From: Candidatus Thorarchaeota archaeon
GTDB lineage: Archaea > Asgardarchaeota > Thorarchaeia > Thorarchaeales > Thorarchaeaceae
NCBI GenBank assembly: GCA_020348985.1
Contig: CP070761.1
Coordinates: forward strand, 1,107,713 to 1,171,712
Reading direction: 5' to 3'
Length of the DNA: 64,000 bases
The translations under genes were made by a program, and so were the position numbers. The stretch's first letter is position 1. Each line of letters starts with the position of its first letter. This document shows, piece after piece, positions 37,442-47,424 of the stretch. The notes under the pieces are model-generated. The model had not been told where the DNA came from and did no database searches. It worked only from the letters and a program-made list of their open reading frames with translations.

Positions 37442-38833
37442 GTGACAGATTATGACATAATTATCAAGAACGGATTGGTTGTCACTGACACAGATCAGAA
37501 GGATGTTGATGTTGCTGTCAAGGATGGTAAGATTGCAGCAGTCGAAAAGAAGCTAGACGGTGGTTCAGCAACGGATGTGATTGATGCCAAGGGAATGTAC
37601 GTCTTCCCTGGCGGGATTGATGTCCACGTACACTTCCAATTGCCGTTCTCTGGAACGGTATCTGCAGACGACTTCGAGAACGGCACAAAAGCAGCAGCTT
37701 GCGGAGGCGTAACAACCGTTCTCGACTTTGCGATTCAGACGAAGGGCGAGTCAATTATGAAAGCGGTTGAAGCACGACGTGCTGAAGCAGACCCCAACGT
37801 CTGCGTTGACTACGGACTGCACGCGGCTATTACTGATTGGAATGAGCAAACACAAGCCGAAATCAAGGAAGTAATTGATTATGGAATTCCCACTTTCAAG
37901 ATGTTCATGATCTACAAGAATGAAGGCTGGATGGCCGATGATGGAATGCTGTTCCAGGCTCTTGAAGAGACCGCGAAGCACGGGGGGCACATTGGAGTCC
38001 ATGCGGAGAGTGTCTTTGTCCTTGACATGTTGATAGAAAGATATGCTCAGGAGAAGGAGAAGTGGGGAGCCTACGGTCATGCATTATCTAGACCATGCTA
38101 TACTGAAGAGGAGGCCATTATTAGGGCTATCAAGTGGGCCGAAGTCACTGGAGGGCAGTTGTACATCGTCCACATGTCTACTGGCGAAGGAGCAGACGCT
38201 GTGAAGGCTGCCAGAGAAAAGGGTGTTAGAGTCTTTGCCGAGACCTGTCCTCAATACCTGCTTCTGGATGATGAGGTCTTCAAAGGTGAGAATGGTCATC
38301 TGTACGCAACTTGTCCTCAAATCAAGAAACCTCATGATAGCGTTCGCCTTTGGGAGGGGCTCAAGAATGGAGAGGTACAGATCGTTGCGACTGATACCTG
38401 TACATTCAACACAGAACAGAAGGCGGCTTGGAATGGCGATTTCACAAAGATTCCATTCGGAATGCCTGGCGTGGAGACAATGGTTCCACTGATGCATACG
38501 GAGGGCGTTGGCAAGCATGGCCTATCGCTGAGTCAGCTAGTGGCATTGGTAAGCACAAATCCAGCTAAGCTGTTTGGCATGTATCCCGAGAAGGGAGCCC
38601 TAGAAGTGGGCAGCGATGCGGACATAGTGGTCTTCGATCCCAAGAAGAAAGTTACAATCAAGGCTGAGAACCTTCAGACAAATTGCGACTGGAGCCCATT
38701 CGAGGACTGGAAGCTCGAGGGCTACCCGGCTACAACCATCTCGCGTGGCAAGGTTGTCGCAGAGGATGGCAAGTTTGTTGGAGAAATGGGTCACGGTCGT
38801 TTCTTGAAGAGGAAACCATACGGCAAGCTCTAG
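37442..38833 (+). CDS. hydA: Dihydropyrimidinase
   Basis: PGGIDVHVH, GT.AAACGG.TT, FK.FM.Y, HAE, H.ST, KIP.GMPGVE. Confidence 0.95.
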   Translation: MTDYDIIIKNGLVVTDTDQKDVDVAVKDGKIAAVEKKLDGGSATDVIDAKGMYVFPGGIDVHVHFQLPFSGTVSADDFENGTKAAACGGVTTVLDFAIQTKGESIMKAVEARRAEADPNVCVDYGLHAAITDWNEQTQAEIKEVIDYGIPTFKMFMIYKNEGWMADDGMLFQALEETAKHGGHIGVHAESVFVLDMLIERYAQEKEKWGAYGHALSRPCYTEEEAIIRAIKWAEVTGGQLYIVHMSTGEGADAVKAAREKGVRVFAETCPQYLLLDDEVFKGENGHLYATCPQIKKPHDSVRLWEGLKNGEVQIVATDTCTFNTEQKAAWNGDFTKIPFGMPGVETMVPLMHTEGVGKHGLSLSQLVALVSTNPAKLFGMYPEKGALEVGSDADIVVFDPKKKVTIKAENLQTNCDWSPFEDWKLEGYPATTISRGKVVAEDGKFVGEMGHGRFLKRKPYGKL

Positions 38834-38834
38834 G

Positions 38835-39323
38835 TCAATCTTCTTCGCCAATGTCCTCGTTCCACAGCGTAGGATTGGCTTCAATGAAGTCGGTCATCAT
38901 CTTAATGCACTCTTTGTCCTGAAGTATGACTAGTTCGACTCCACGGTTACGAACGAAGTCCTCAGGACCTTGGAAGGTCATGTTTTCGCCAACCACGACT
39001 TTGCGGATCCCATAGAGGAGGACTGCTCCGCTACACATGTCACACGGCGACAGCGTGGAGTAAAGTGTGGCTCTTTGATACTCTGAAGCCGTCAAACGGC
39101 CGGCATTTTCCAGAGCGTCCATCTCTGCATGAAGAATAACGCTACCCTTCTGTATTCTTTGGTTATGGCCGCGGCCTACAATCTTCCCATCAATAACAAG
39201 AACCGATCCTATTGGAATGCCCCCATCTTCGAGTCCTTTCTTCGCTTCAGCAATTGCTGCTGCCATGTAGAACCGAGTCTTGGCTTCTGGTGAGGATATC
39301 CTCAACGGTTCCTTCTTCGGCAT
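38835..39323 (-). CDS. Cytosine deaminase, fungal FCY1-like CDA-fold type
   Basis: GGIPIGS, GHN.R.Q, HAE, LSPCDMC, WNEDIGE C-terminus. Confidence 0.92.
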   Translation of the reverse strand: MPKKEPLRISSPEAKTRFYMAAAIAEAKKGLEDGGIPIGSVLVIDGKIVGRGHNQRIQKGSVILHAEMDALENAGRLTASEYQRATLYSTLSPCDMCSGAVLLYGIRKVVVGENMTFQGPEDFVRNRGVELVILQDKECIKMMTDFIEANPTLWNEDIGEED

Positions 39324-39452
39324 TACGTTTCCCTCCAACAACATACACAGTGGAACATTCTCTGGCCAACTACCCGCATTTCAGTTTATTCACTGGTATA
39401 GGTTCTGACTGGAGAATTGTGGACTCCCGAGGCAGTCGTGAATCATTCTCCG

Positions 39453-40688
39453 CTAGTCGTAGCCAAGAGGGGGAACTCTGGCCAGCCAATTCATGAAATA
39501 GGCGATGGCGACTGAAACAACAAGACCGATTGTAGCTGTAATCAGCAGATCAATCCAGCTTGGGATTGCACCGCTCAGAATCTGCATCCAGCTCCAGTAG
39601 GTCCCTGACAAGGTCATTCCTGCGAATGCGACCTTCATGAGGGGAACCTTGACGCTCTTGGTCTGGAAGATTCCCATATCGGTCATAGCAGCTGCAAGGG
39701 CTCCACCCTTGTTCGGCTTGAGCTTCAACTTCTTGGAGAACTTCCCAACTGGCATCTTGGACTTGGGTCTCATTACTTTCATTGCTTTTGGCGCATAGTC
39801 TGCTATGTCCTGTGAGAAATATGCGACTGCGGCAGAACTTTCGATTTTGCATTTCGAACAGTTTGGAGCGTCGACCTTCCACTTCTTGCCGCACTTGGGA
39901 CAACGTTTTCCGTCCCAGGCCTTCCCGGCCGCTTCAGAGACTCTTCGTTTGAGCTCTTCTTTGTCTACGCTCTCTTGGTCCTTCTTCCTCCTGGGCCTCC
40001 TTCTGAGAACTACCGCTCTTGGGAATATGCCAACATCTGAGCCTCGCTTCGCGCCCCTCATTTTGCGCGCGGCAAGTATTCCCTGCTGGAAATCATCCAT
40101 AGCCATCAAGAGACCGAAGACTGACATCACGGTGAAACCAAGAGTGATGAGCCCGGTCACAGACATGATTGCGGCGGGACCTGTGGGACCGACTTGGAGT
40201 ACAAAGTCCTCAGTCACCGTAACGTTTGTGTCTGGGTCTGTCAAGAGCGAGTAAGTGAAGGAGAAGACTCCTGTGACAGTACCTGAGAACAGACTTAGAC
40301 CGCCAACCCCCAGTATTGTCCCGATGTCCAGCGATTCGTTAAGCAGGTCGGCGCTGAAACCTGAGGGGAGGAAGGTATTGATGTCAAACGGCTGATTGAT
40401 GATTGGAATGGATAAGTATGACATCGTAAATAGTCCTGAGTGAAGCGTAAGGTTCTCTATGACATTTATGCTCAGTTCAATTGCTAGTGCCGTACTAAGA
40501 TCAACCGGGATTGGACTGCTCAAATTGGAATGGTAAGCGGAGACATTATTTACTTCAACTAAGAAATGGAAGTTGTCATCTCCACTCCAACCTGTAGGCG
40601 GCAAAGACTGTACTGGCACCAAGATAAATGACCAAAGTAGACCCGTAATCATCAGAAGTGATAGTAGCTCTGGTAGCGACCGTTTCAT
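39453..40688 (-). CDS. Hypothetical membrane protein: signal peptide, beta-rich ectodomain, TM, basic region, Zn ribbon, helical domain, two TM
   Basis: CPKC-x10-CSKC; RRRPRRKK; hydrophobic segments at the N-terminus, centre and C-terminus. Confidence 0.75.
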   Translation of the reverse strand: MKRSLPELLSLLMITGLLWSFILVPVQSLPPTGWSGDDNFHFLVEVNNVSAYHSNLSSPIPVDLSTALAIELSINVIENLTLHSGLFTMSYLSIPIINQPFDINTFLPSGFSADLLNESLDIGTILGVGGLSLFSGTVTGVFSFTYSLLTDPDTNVTVTEDFVLQVGPTGPAAIMSVTGLITLGFTVMSVFGLLMAMDDFQQGILAARKMRGAKRGSDVGIFPRAVVLRRRPRRKKDQESVDKEELKRRVSEAAGKAWDGKRCPKCGKKWKVDAPNCSKCKIESSAAVAYFSQDIADYAPKAMKVMRPKSKMPVGKFSKKLKLKPNKGGALAAAMTDMGIFQTKSVKVPLMKVAFAGMTLSGTYWSWMQILSGAIPSWIDLLITATIGLVVSVAIAYFMNWLARVPPLGYD

Positions 40689-40801
40689 CTTGTGGCGACT
40701 CTCCCGTTTGGAGCGTTCATTGAACTGAAGCATACCTATCCGCGCTTAATAATCAGTCTGGCATGTTCTCGACTTGAAGAAGACAAAAAACTTCCCGGTT
40801 T

Positions 40802-41176
40802 CTAATTTGATCCCTTGAAGGCTTCCTCTATCTGTCTATCGAACTCCTCATCGTCTTCGTCAGGATCGTAGATGATATGACTCTTCATCTTCGCCTCTAC
40901 TGGGGTTTGCCAGTTTGTTGAGGCGCCGAAGCCAATGCCTCCAACCATGAAAAGCACGTTAAGAATGGCGAAGAGGGACGTTGCTTCGATAATGCCCATG
41001 TTTGCAATAAGCAGGTAGATTATGAGCCCTCCAAGAACACCCATTATGAGGCCTAGTCCAATGCGGTCTGCAATCCGGAGGCTCTTCTGTCCGCCCAAGA
41101 CTCTGCCCAGCATGAAACCCAAGAAGGCAGCTGGAATAGCGAATAGAAGGTCAAGATAGGATGTCAGGAACTGCAG
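40802..41176 (-). CDS. Small three-TM membrane protein with acidic C-terminus; probable CTG start
   Basis: Frame continues upstream of the track start as LQFLTSYLDLLFAIPAAFLG; AGGAGG 8 nt before CTG at 41176. Confidence 0.65.
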   Translation of the reverse strand: MQFLTSYLDLLFAIPAAFLGFMLGRVLGGQKSLRIADRIGLGLIMGVLGGLIIYLLIANMGIIEATSLFAILNVLFMVGGIGFGASTNWQTPVEAKMKSHIIYDPDEDDEEFDRQIEEAFKGSN

Positions 41177-41259
41177 CGCGGAAGCCTCCTGATGGATTCC
41201 CCTTCCGAAGGACGATTGATAATCCTTCGCATTTACGCCCCTAGTCTACTAATTGAGGT

Positions 41260-41829
41260 CTACAGCTGCCATCGGTCCCAATGGACTACTTCTTCGAAAG
41301 GTCTTCTCGGGGAACGGATTTGCTCCTGTGCCAGGTGCTTCTCACTCAGATGTGATGCATCTCCTTCAAAGCCAAAGAATACAACAGCTGCAATTCGGTA
41401 TTCTTCCGGCAGTCCTATTACTTCTCCTAGAACTTCTTCCCTCCATCCTGCTGTGGGATGTGCTATCAAGCCAAGATGTACTCCTTGTAGAAGCATGTTC
41501 TCCACTGCGAGACCGACATCCATCATGAAATACGGTAGCTTGTGTGCCGGACATCCCCCATCAGGCCTTGCGGCAACGATAATCATAACTGGTGCTCTCG
41601 CTGCCCAGTAGTTTCCTCTGCTCATGCCTTCATTCGCTTTCTCTCGGACGGCAGGGTCTCTGATAACAATGAAATTCCAAGCTTGCGCATTTCCACAAGA
41701 TGGCGCCCTTCGACCAGCCTCCAGTATCGAATTGATCATTTCATCTGATACAGGCTTGTCGGGGTCATAGGCTCTTCCACTTCTACGCTCTTCTATTTCC
41801 CTTAGAATCGTATGAATCCCCTCCAACAA
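41260..41829 (-). CDS. Nitroreductase family protein
   Basis: RRS.R.Y, APS..N.Q.W.FIV, DVGLA.ENM.L. Confidence 0.93.
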   Translation of the reverse strand: MLEGIHTILREIEERRSGRAYDPDKPVSDEMINSILEAGRRAPSCGNAQAWNFIVIRDPAVREKANEGMSRGNYWAARAPVMIIVAARPDGGCPAHKLPYFMMDVGLAVENMLLQGVHLGLIAHPTAGWREEVLGEVIGLPEEYRIAAVVFFGFEGDASHLSEKHLAQEQIRSPRRPFEEVVHWDRWQL

Positions 41830-41838
41830 TCAAAGATG

Positions 41839-42003
41839 CTACTCTGCAAGCTTCATCTTCTTTCCATGATGCTCAGGAATTGGGTGGACTCCACAGTTTG
41901 GTCCCATCCAGCAGTGTAGCTCATCTCCGGCTTGATGCATTTCCTGGCCGCAGTGCATCGGCACTGGTTCCTCATATCCACACTCTTCACATACAAGTTT
42001 AGC
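41839..42003 (-). CDS. Small Cys/His-rich metal-binding protein with internal duplication
   Basis: L.C..CG...PVP.HCG..M and L.C....CG..PIP.HHG..M; GGAG RBS before ATG 42006 region (alternative start 42021). Confidence 0.7.
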   Translation of the reverse strand, partial: AKLVCEECGYEEPVPMHCGQEMHQAGDELHCWMGPNCGVHPIPEHHGKKMKLAE

Positions 42004-42099
42004 CATGTCTTCTCCTCCCATGCTGCTCTTGGTTCACAGCGTTAATTGTGTGTTAACGATGATTAACCCTTTATGAATTTGCGCCTATGGCAACTAGCA

Positions 42100-43365
42100 C
42101 TAGTCGCTCTTCGGATAGTACTTCGCCGGATCCTCAGAGTAGACTTTCTCTATAGTCTTATGTGCTCCAGGTGTGTCCAATTCCACATCGCGCTTCAGGG
42201 AGCGATCTTCACCAAGAACTTCCTTGAAGATTTCATTCTGGATTATCAGCCGCTGTACTTCATTGCTGCCGGTCCAGATTGTTGACAGACGTGCATCGCG
42301 ATATAGTCGTTCGATTGGATAGACGTCGGTGTATCCAATCCCCCCTAGAATCTGCATTGACTCGTGTACCGACTTGAAACCTGCTTCAGTACCATATGCC
42401 TTTGCCATGGAGACTTCTTTCCTGCACCATGTCCCAGTATCAGCCACCTTAGCAGCTCGATACACCAGACCCCTCGCAGCATCCAACTCCATTTGACAGT
42501 CGGCTACCTTGAAGCTGATTCCTTCGAATCTACGGATGGGTCTGCCAAAAGCTTCCCTCTTGTCAGCGTATCTTATTGCTATATCCAGTGCCACTTGACC
42601 CATTCCAATGCATCCTGCAGCAGAAGTCAAGCGTTCCGGAACCATCATTGCATTGAAGACATCATTTCCTCCATGAAGCTTGCCGAGAAGGTTTGACTCT
42701 GGAATTTCAGTGTTTTCCATTACGATTCTTGCGGCCCCCATTCCACGACAGCCCAACAATTCATACTCTTCCTCAACACGGACTCCGTGGTCTCTGTCTA
42801 CGAGGAATGCACTAAGTGATTCGTGAGGCTTGGCGTCGAAGCTAGTCTTGGCATAGACGAGAAAGTAGTCGGCACCCACACCGCCTGCTACGAAACGCTT
42901 CTCACCATTTAGAATGTAACTGTCGCCTTCTTTGATTGCAGTGGTGATTGTGCCAAAGAAATCCGATCCGCTGCGAGGCTCGGTAAGACCCTCGCCGCCT
43001 ATTTTCTCTCCTTTTAGAGTTGACAGGAGATAGTTTCGCTTTTGCTCTTCTGTGCCAAACTTCTCTATTCCCTCTCCGACGATGCTGGGTAGTGAATATG
43101 CACAGCCAAGTGCGATACCCAGAACACCGATTTCCTCTATGGCCGCCATCTCTGAAACCCATCCCAGGCCACGCCCACCATACTTCTTCGGAAACCTGAG
43201 TCCCAGCAGATTCTCGGCACTTGCGGATTTCACAAACTCATACGGATACTCCTTTTCCCTCGAGTCCATCTTGAGAATGAGATTACGGTCAACTTTGTCC
43301 CGGACAAACGCACGTACCTCGTCTCGAATCTTCTTCTCCTCCTCGCTTAGTAGAATCTCGAACAT
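42100..43365 (-). CDS. Acyl-CoA dehydrogenase
   Basis: LTEP.SGSD, LNGEK.F, RE.FG.PI..F, QI.GG.GY, IER.YRD, I..G.NE.Q. Confidence 0.95.
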   Translation of the reverse strand: MFEILLSEEEKKIRDEVRAFVRDKVDRNLILKMDSREKEYPYEFVKSASAENLLGLRFPKKYGGRGLGWVSEMAAIEEIGVLGIALGCAYSLPSIVGEGIEKFGTEEQKRNYLLSTLKGEKIGGEGLTEPRSGSDFFGTITTAIKEGDSYILNGEKRFVAGGVGADYFLVYAKTSFDAKPHESLSAFLVDRDHGVRVEEEYELLGCRGMGAARIVMENTEIPESNLLGKLHGGNDVFNAMMVPERLTSAAGCIGMGQVALDIAIRYADKREAFGRPIRRFEGISFKVADCQMELDAARGLVYRAAKVADTGTWCRKEVSMAKAYGTEAGFKSVHESMQILGGIGYTDVYPIERLYRDARLSTIWTGSNEVQRLIIQNEIFKEVLGEDRSLKRDVELDTPGAHKTIEKVYSEDPAKYYPKSD

Positions 43366-43388
43366 TGTCTAACCTCTTTTCCATCTGA

Positions 43389-43733
43389 TTACTCGCTTCG
43401 TAATAAAGAATCCAGGGTTTCTTGTGAGCCGCCATCTCGAGATACTAGGATAGCCTCAGTAGGACATACTAACTCGCAAACCATGCAGAATATGCAGTCT
43501 CTCTCGCCTGATGGATCAACAACCTCAGTTTCGAGGTCTGAGACCCATTTGGTGAACACAATCGTCGGGCATGCATCTACGCACTTCATGCATCCTACGC
43601 ATGATTCAATGTGTACAGCAACAAGCTCTCCGTGAATCGTCCCGTCGTGCTCACTTTCAGACTTCCAGACCGAGTGTCCTTCATGGCTGCCTCTCTTGGA
43701 CCATCTAGATCTGAAATGCTTGTCAATTGGCAC
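43389..43733 (-). CDS. zfx: Zinc-containing dicluster ferredoxin (Sulfolobus Zfx-like)
   Basis: PID..FR...G.H.GH.VW......IHG.LV.V, CxxCxxCxxxCP, DP..E..CIFCM.C..VCP; likely GTG start at 43733. Confidence 0.75.
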   Translation of the reverse strand: MPIDKHFRSRWSKRGSHEGHSVWKSESEHDGTIHGELVAVHIESCVGCMKCVDACPTIVFTKWVSDLETEVVDPSGERDCIFCMVCELVCPTEAILVSRDGGSQETLDSLLRSE

Positions 43734-43837
43734 AAGTCCTGAAGGTGCTCTGTCCTTAAAGAGTGTCACCACAGGATGCACCTAGTTAATTGCTTCAACC
43801 GCTCGGCATTTTATGGTGTTCTTGAAAGGCACCGTAG

Positions 43838-46729
43838 ATGCGAACCCTTATGCGACGAAACATGAGTAGGCTTTGGCCTGTGATCTATGCAATCTCTACT
43901 TTGAGAAACAGACCGTTTGTCAGCGCAGGCTTGACGCTGGTCCTTGGATTGGGACTTGCACTTCCGGTTACGGTCTTCGCTTGGTCAGAAACAGGAATTG
44001 CTATTGCAGCTCATGACTACTCTGCGGACAGCGTCTATCAGTTCAGATTCAGCACTCAGGGAACAGATACTTCCAGCACGGTGAGAAATGCTGCCGACTA
44101 TGCTGCAACAATCGATATCGTCGAAGCGGCTGACTACATTCCGTCAACGTCTGGCATACTCACAGGAGGTAGATTCGGCACGTGGACATGGTACCACATG
44201 AACATGCCACTAGACATGATGAATCTCGTTGACGCGAGAGTAATCCCTCTGACCGACGAACAGATAGAGCGGTGGACGGGAGAGTTCAATTGCAGAGGTC
44301 AGTTCTCATTAGAAGATGGTGAGGTGTTGGTTTCACAGCAAGTAGTGAACCTCGCCTCTACACACTTTGGTGAAATCCTTGACATCGGAAGCACAATCAG
44401 TATTGATGTGCTGACTCAAGTTACAAGGCGAGACGGTAACGTTTCACGAAACCAGGCAATAGTAACTAGTCTCTCCAGTCTAACAATTGTAGGAATCTAT
44501 TCGCCAAAATCCATTCTGACACAAATTGGAAGAGCGTTCGAATCGGTTGAAAGAGGCACAGGTGACCCCCTGCGGAATGACCATGCACACGTTCTCGGAA
44601 TAGACCATTCATTGATTATCAGACGTGACTCTCTATCCTATTTTGAACTCTACAATATGGGAGTACAAGGCACCTTCCCACCTAGCGTGCTTCTGAAGGT
44701 TTCAGAAGATGTAATCGCGGATCTAGATGTGGGTGAGTTGGAGTCTGTGCTGTTGTCTGTGAAATCGCTCATAGAGAGCAGATACCGCACGTTGACCGTG
44801 ATTGGTGTGTTGGAAACCAGAAGACTCTCAGCCCAGATTGAGGCGTATTCGCGAAGTCTAATGTTGGCAATGCTGTCTGTACCAGTCATCTTGGTATCTC
44901 TTGTTCTGAGTGTTTTCACCACTGAGGCCGCGTTGACGCGTAGGAAAGGGGAGGTCAGTACGCTTAGAGCGAAGGGTGCAAGCTACAATCAGATTCTCGG
45001 AATGTTTGTTGCAGAGGCAATGATAATCGCTGCCTGTGCCTTCCTGCTTTGCTGTATCGTGGCAGTCTTCGCAGCCCCATTAATGGGTTCTATGACAGGA
45101 GGCCTGCTTGTAGACCCTACGAGGTACGCCCTCTTCGTGGCAAATCTGAGAATCCCGCACTCCGCCCTGCTGATTGCATTTGGAATGTCACTCTTCCTTG
45201 TGGGCGCGTATCAAGTCCAATTGAATCGGCTTTTCGACGTACGTGACATCGCTCAGCTGAACAGACCACACTGGTCAGAGGCAGTACGAGATGTCAGAAG
45301 GAGTCCGCTTCTGCTTTCATTCTTGTTTGTAGCTGCAGGAGTAGCGGCATTGCCGCTCGCCTCTGTCCAAAGCACGAATATAGCAGCCATTGAGATTCTG
45401 TTTATTGCACTGGCTCTCTTCGCACTCTCGCACCTTGGATCCAACATTCTTCGACCGACTGTGGCACGATTGTTTAGTGGTTCACACAGAGGCCTTGGCG
45501 AGGTTTCAATCTATGTAAATCGCAGTATCATGAGGAGAAGAAAACAACTCATTCCAATCCTCGTGATTCTGACTTTGACGATAACCACCACCAACGTGCT
45601 TCTTGTCGAGAACTACAGCTTTGAGAAATCGATGCAACAAGAAATCGATTACGCAGTTGGAGCCGACATTCGAATTGAAGGAAACAGAATCCCCCTGACT
45701 ATGATAGAACAGCTCCAAGAGGGCTTTGGAGTAACTTACGTCACTCCGGTGGCGATTGGTGATGTCTATGTGGGAACAAGCCGGCTGACTCTGGTCGGAG
45801 TGGACCCAATCTCATACCTCAATGTCGGTCGATTCATCTCTAGTTCATTCGTCGATAGGACCCCTTCGTCTGCTCTGACCAAGTTGTCAACTGCGCCCGA
45901 TGGAATCATCCTCTCAGTATTCCATTCGCAGGTCTGGAACAAGACAGTGGGAGATTCGATGGAGATACAGTATACTGTAGAGCTGGAAAGTGTTTCACGT
46001 CAGCTTGAAGTAACAGACATCATGAACAGCGCCCCTGGTCTTGGGTATTCATCGCCGGGCTTGGAAGAGAGTAGAAATGTTGGCAGATCCTACGGGTTCC
46101 AGATAGGTAACGGTTTTGCACTGGTGAACATGGAGCTGTTTGAATCCATCTTCAGTTCCGATTCCACGAATAGATTCTTGGCGAAGCTTGGAGAGCCGAG
46201 TGAAGCGCGAATACAGGTTTATCGCATAATAGACAGTCTTCGCGTAGATGTCTACTCTCCGTTGGTTTCGGAGACTCTGAGCAGTGATTTCGGGACTACT
46301 CTGTATTCAAAGGGCGTTGCTGGCATAACTTCAATCTCAGCAGTCATGTGTTGCCTTATGGGCATATTTGCTATTGGCCTCTTTATGGGTTCTGTTGTGA
46401 GGGAGCGCAAGCCCGAATATGCAATTCTTAGGGCAATGGGGGCTACAAGAAGAAAGATCGTCTTTGCAGTCATTGGAGAGTTTGCAGGACTGCTACTGGT
46501 GACTGTAATCCTTAGCATTGTGTTGGGATTTATCATAGGAGGCTCAATGACAGTCTTAGTGTTCGCTCTCTCGCCTTACGTTAACTTGATTCCTCCAGTA
46601 GCCCATTATCCCATCGCGATTCTATCATTGGCGGTAATCACCCAGATCGGTGTGTTCGCAGCTGTTAACTTTGGCCCCGCTAGATCTGCTGGCACTACAG
46701 ATATGATCGCAGAACTGAGGAATCTCTGA
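43838..46729 (+). CDS. FtsX/MacB-like ABC transporter permease
   Basis: Two RR.E...LRA.GA motifs, VGADIRI, large extracellular loops. Confidence 0.9.
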   Translation: MRTLMRRNMSRLWPVIYAISTLRNRPFVSAGLTLVLGLGLALPVTVFAWSETGIAIAAHDYSADSVYQFRFSTQGTDTSSTVRNAADYAATIDIVEAADYIPSTSGILTGGRFGTWTWYHMNMPLDMMNLVDARVIPLTDEQIERWTGEFNCRGQFSLEDGEVLVSQQVVNLASTHFGEILDIGSTISIDVLTQVTRRDGNVSRNQAIVTSLSSLTIVGIYSPKSILTQIGRAFESVERGTGDPLRNDHAHVLGIDHSLIIRRDSLSYFELYNMGVQGTFPPSVLLKVSEDVIADLDVGELESVLLSVKSLIESRYRTLTVIGVLETRRLSAQIEAYSRSLMLAMLSVPVILVSLVLSVFTTEAALTRRKGEVSTLRAKGASYNQILGMFVAEAMIIAACAFLLCCIVAVFAAPLMGSMTGGLLVDPTRYALFVANLRIPHSALLIAFGMSLFLVGAYQVQLNRLFDVRDIAQLNRPHWSEAVRDVRRSPLLLSFLFVAAGVAALPLASVQSTNIAAIEILFIALALFALSHLGSNILRPTVARLFSGSHRGLGEVSIYVNRSIMRRRKQLIPILVILTLTITTTNVLLVENYSFEKSMQQEIDYAVGADIRIEGNRIPLTMIEQLQEGFGVTYVTPVAIGDVYVGTSRLTLVGVDPISYLNVGRFISSSFVDRTPSSALTKLSTAPDGIILSVFHSQVWNKTVGDSMEIQYTVELESVSRQLEVTDIMNSAPGLGYSSPGLEESRNVGRSYGFQIGNGFALVNMELFESIFSSDSTNRFLAKLGEPSEARIQVYRIIDSLRVDVYSPLVSETLSSDFGTTLYSKGVAGITSISAVMCCLMGIFAIGLFMGSVVRERKPEYAILRAMGATRRKIVFAVIGEFAGLLLVTVILSIVLGFIIGGSMTVLVFALSPYVNLIPPVAHYPIAILSLAVITQIGVFAAVNFGPARSAGTTDMIAELRNL

Positions 46730-46851
46730 TCCTTCGGCTGGACGGATGATGCGTCTAGATTCATAATGATTAATCCCTTAAGGCGAGGATTCGTCTAATT
46801 GACTGTCAAGATTCATATGGAAAATCCAGTATCATTTGAGGGCGGCCACCG

Positions 46852-47343
46852 ATGGACGAAATCTACATCAGGTATTGGACAACAACAGGACGCGAGAGAA
46901 TCGAGCCCTATATGACCAATAGGACAGAAATAAGTCTCGAGTATCGCGACATAGCCGCCATAGACATATTGCCTCTGGTATGGTGCAAGGGTCTGCGCCT
47001 ACTAAGCCTCAGAGGAAATCATCTAGCAAACTTGGATTTGATGTCTTTGGCCAGCTGCCCGAATCTCGAGATGTTGAAGCTGAGCTACAACAAACTTCAG
47101 GCAATTGACCTTACACCACTTGGCCAGTGCACGAATCTGAAGGAATTGTCCCTAGAAAGGAATAGATTCACCTCACTGGATCTTTCCCCACTGTTTGAGT
47201 GTCCAAGACTTGTTGACCTTGGAATGGACGATTCGATCGAGTTGACGGCCGATTTGATGTTGAGATCAGTCGGAAATTGGCCGGATGTGTTGGTTAACAG
47301 ATTCTACAAGATCAAGTGGGAAGTTCCGGCGTACCTCGGCTGA
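46852..47343 (+). CDS. Leucine-rich repeat protein
   Basis: Repeated L..L.L..N.L..LDL.PL..C.N units. Confidence 0.9.
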   Translation: MDEIYIRYWTTTGRERIEPYMTNRTEISLEYRDIAAIDILPLVWCKGLRLLSLRGNHLANLDLMSLASCPNLEMLKLSYNKLQAIDLTPLGQCTNLKELSLERNRFTSLDLSPLFECPRLVDLGMDDSIELTADLMLRSVGNWPDVLVNRFYKIKWEVPAYLG

Positions 47344-47424
47344 AGGATTCGTGCTAGTCCCGAACCAATCCATTAATAGTAGTTTTCAGAGTCGGAGAGT
47401 AGACTTTCAAGGTGGAATCCGACC

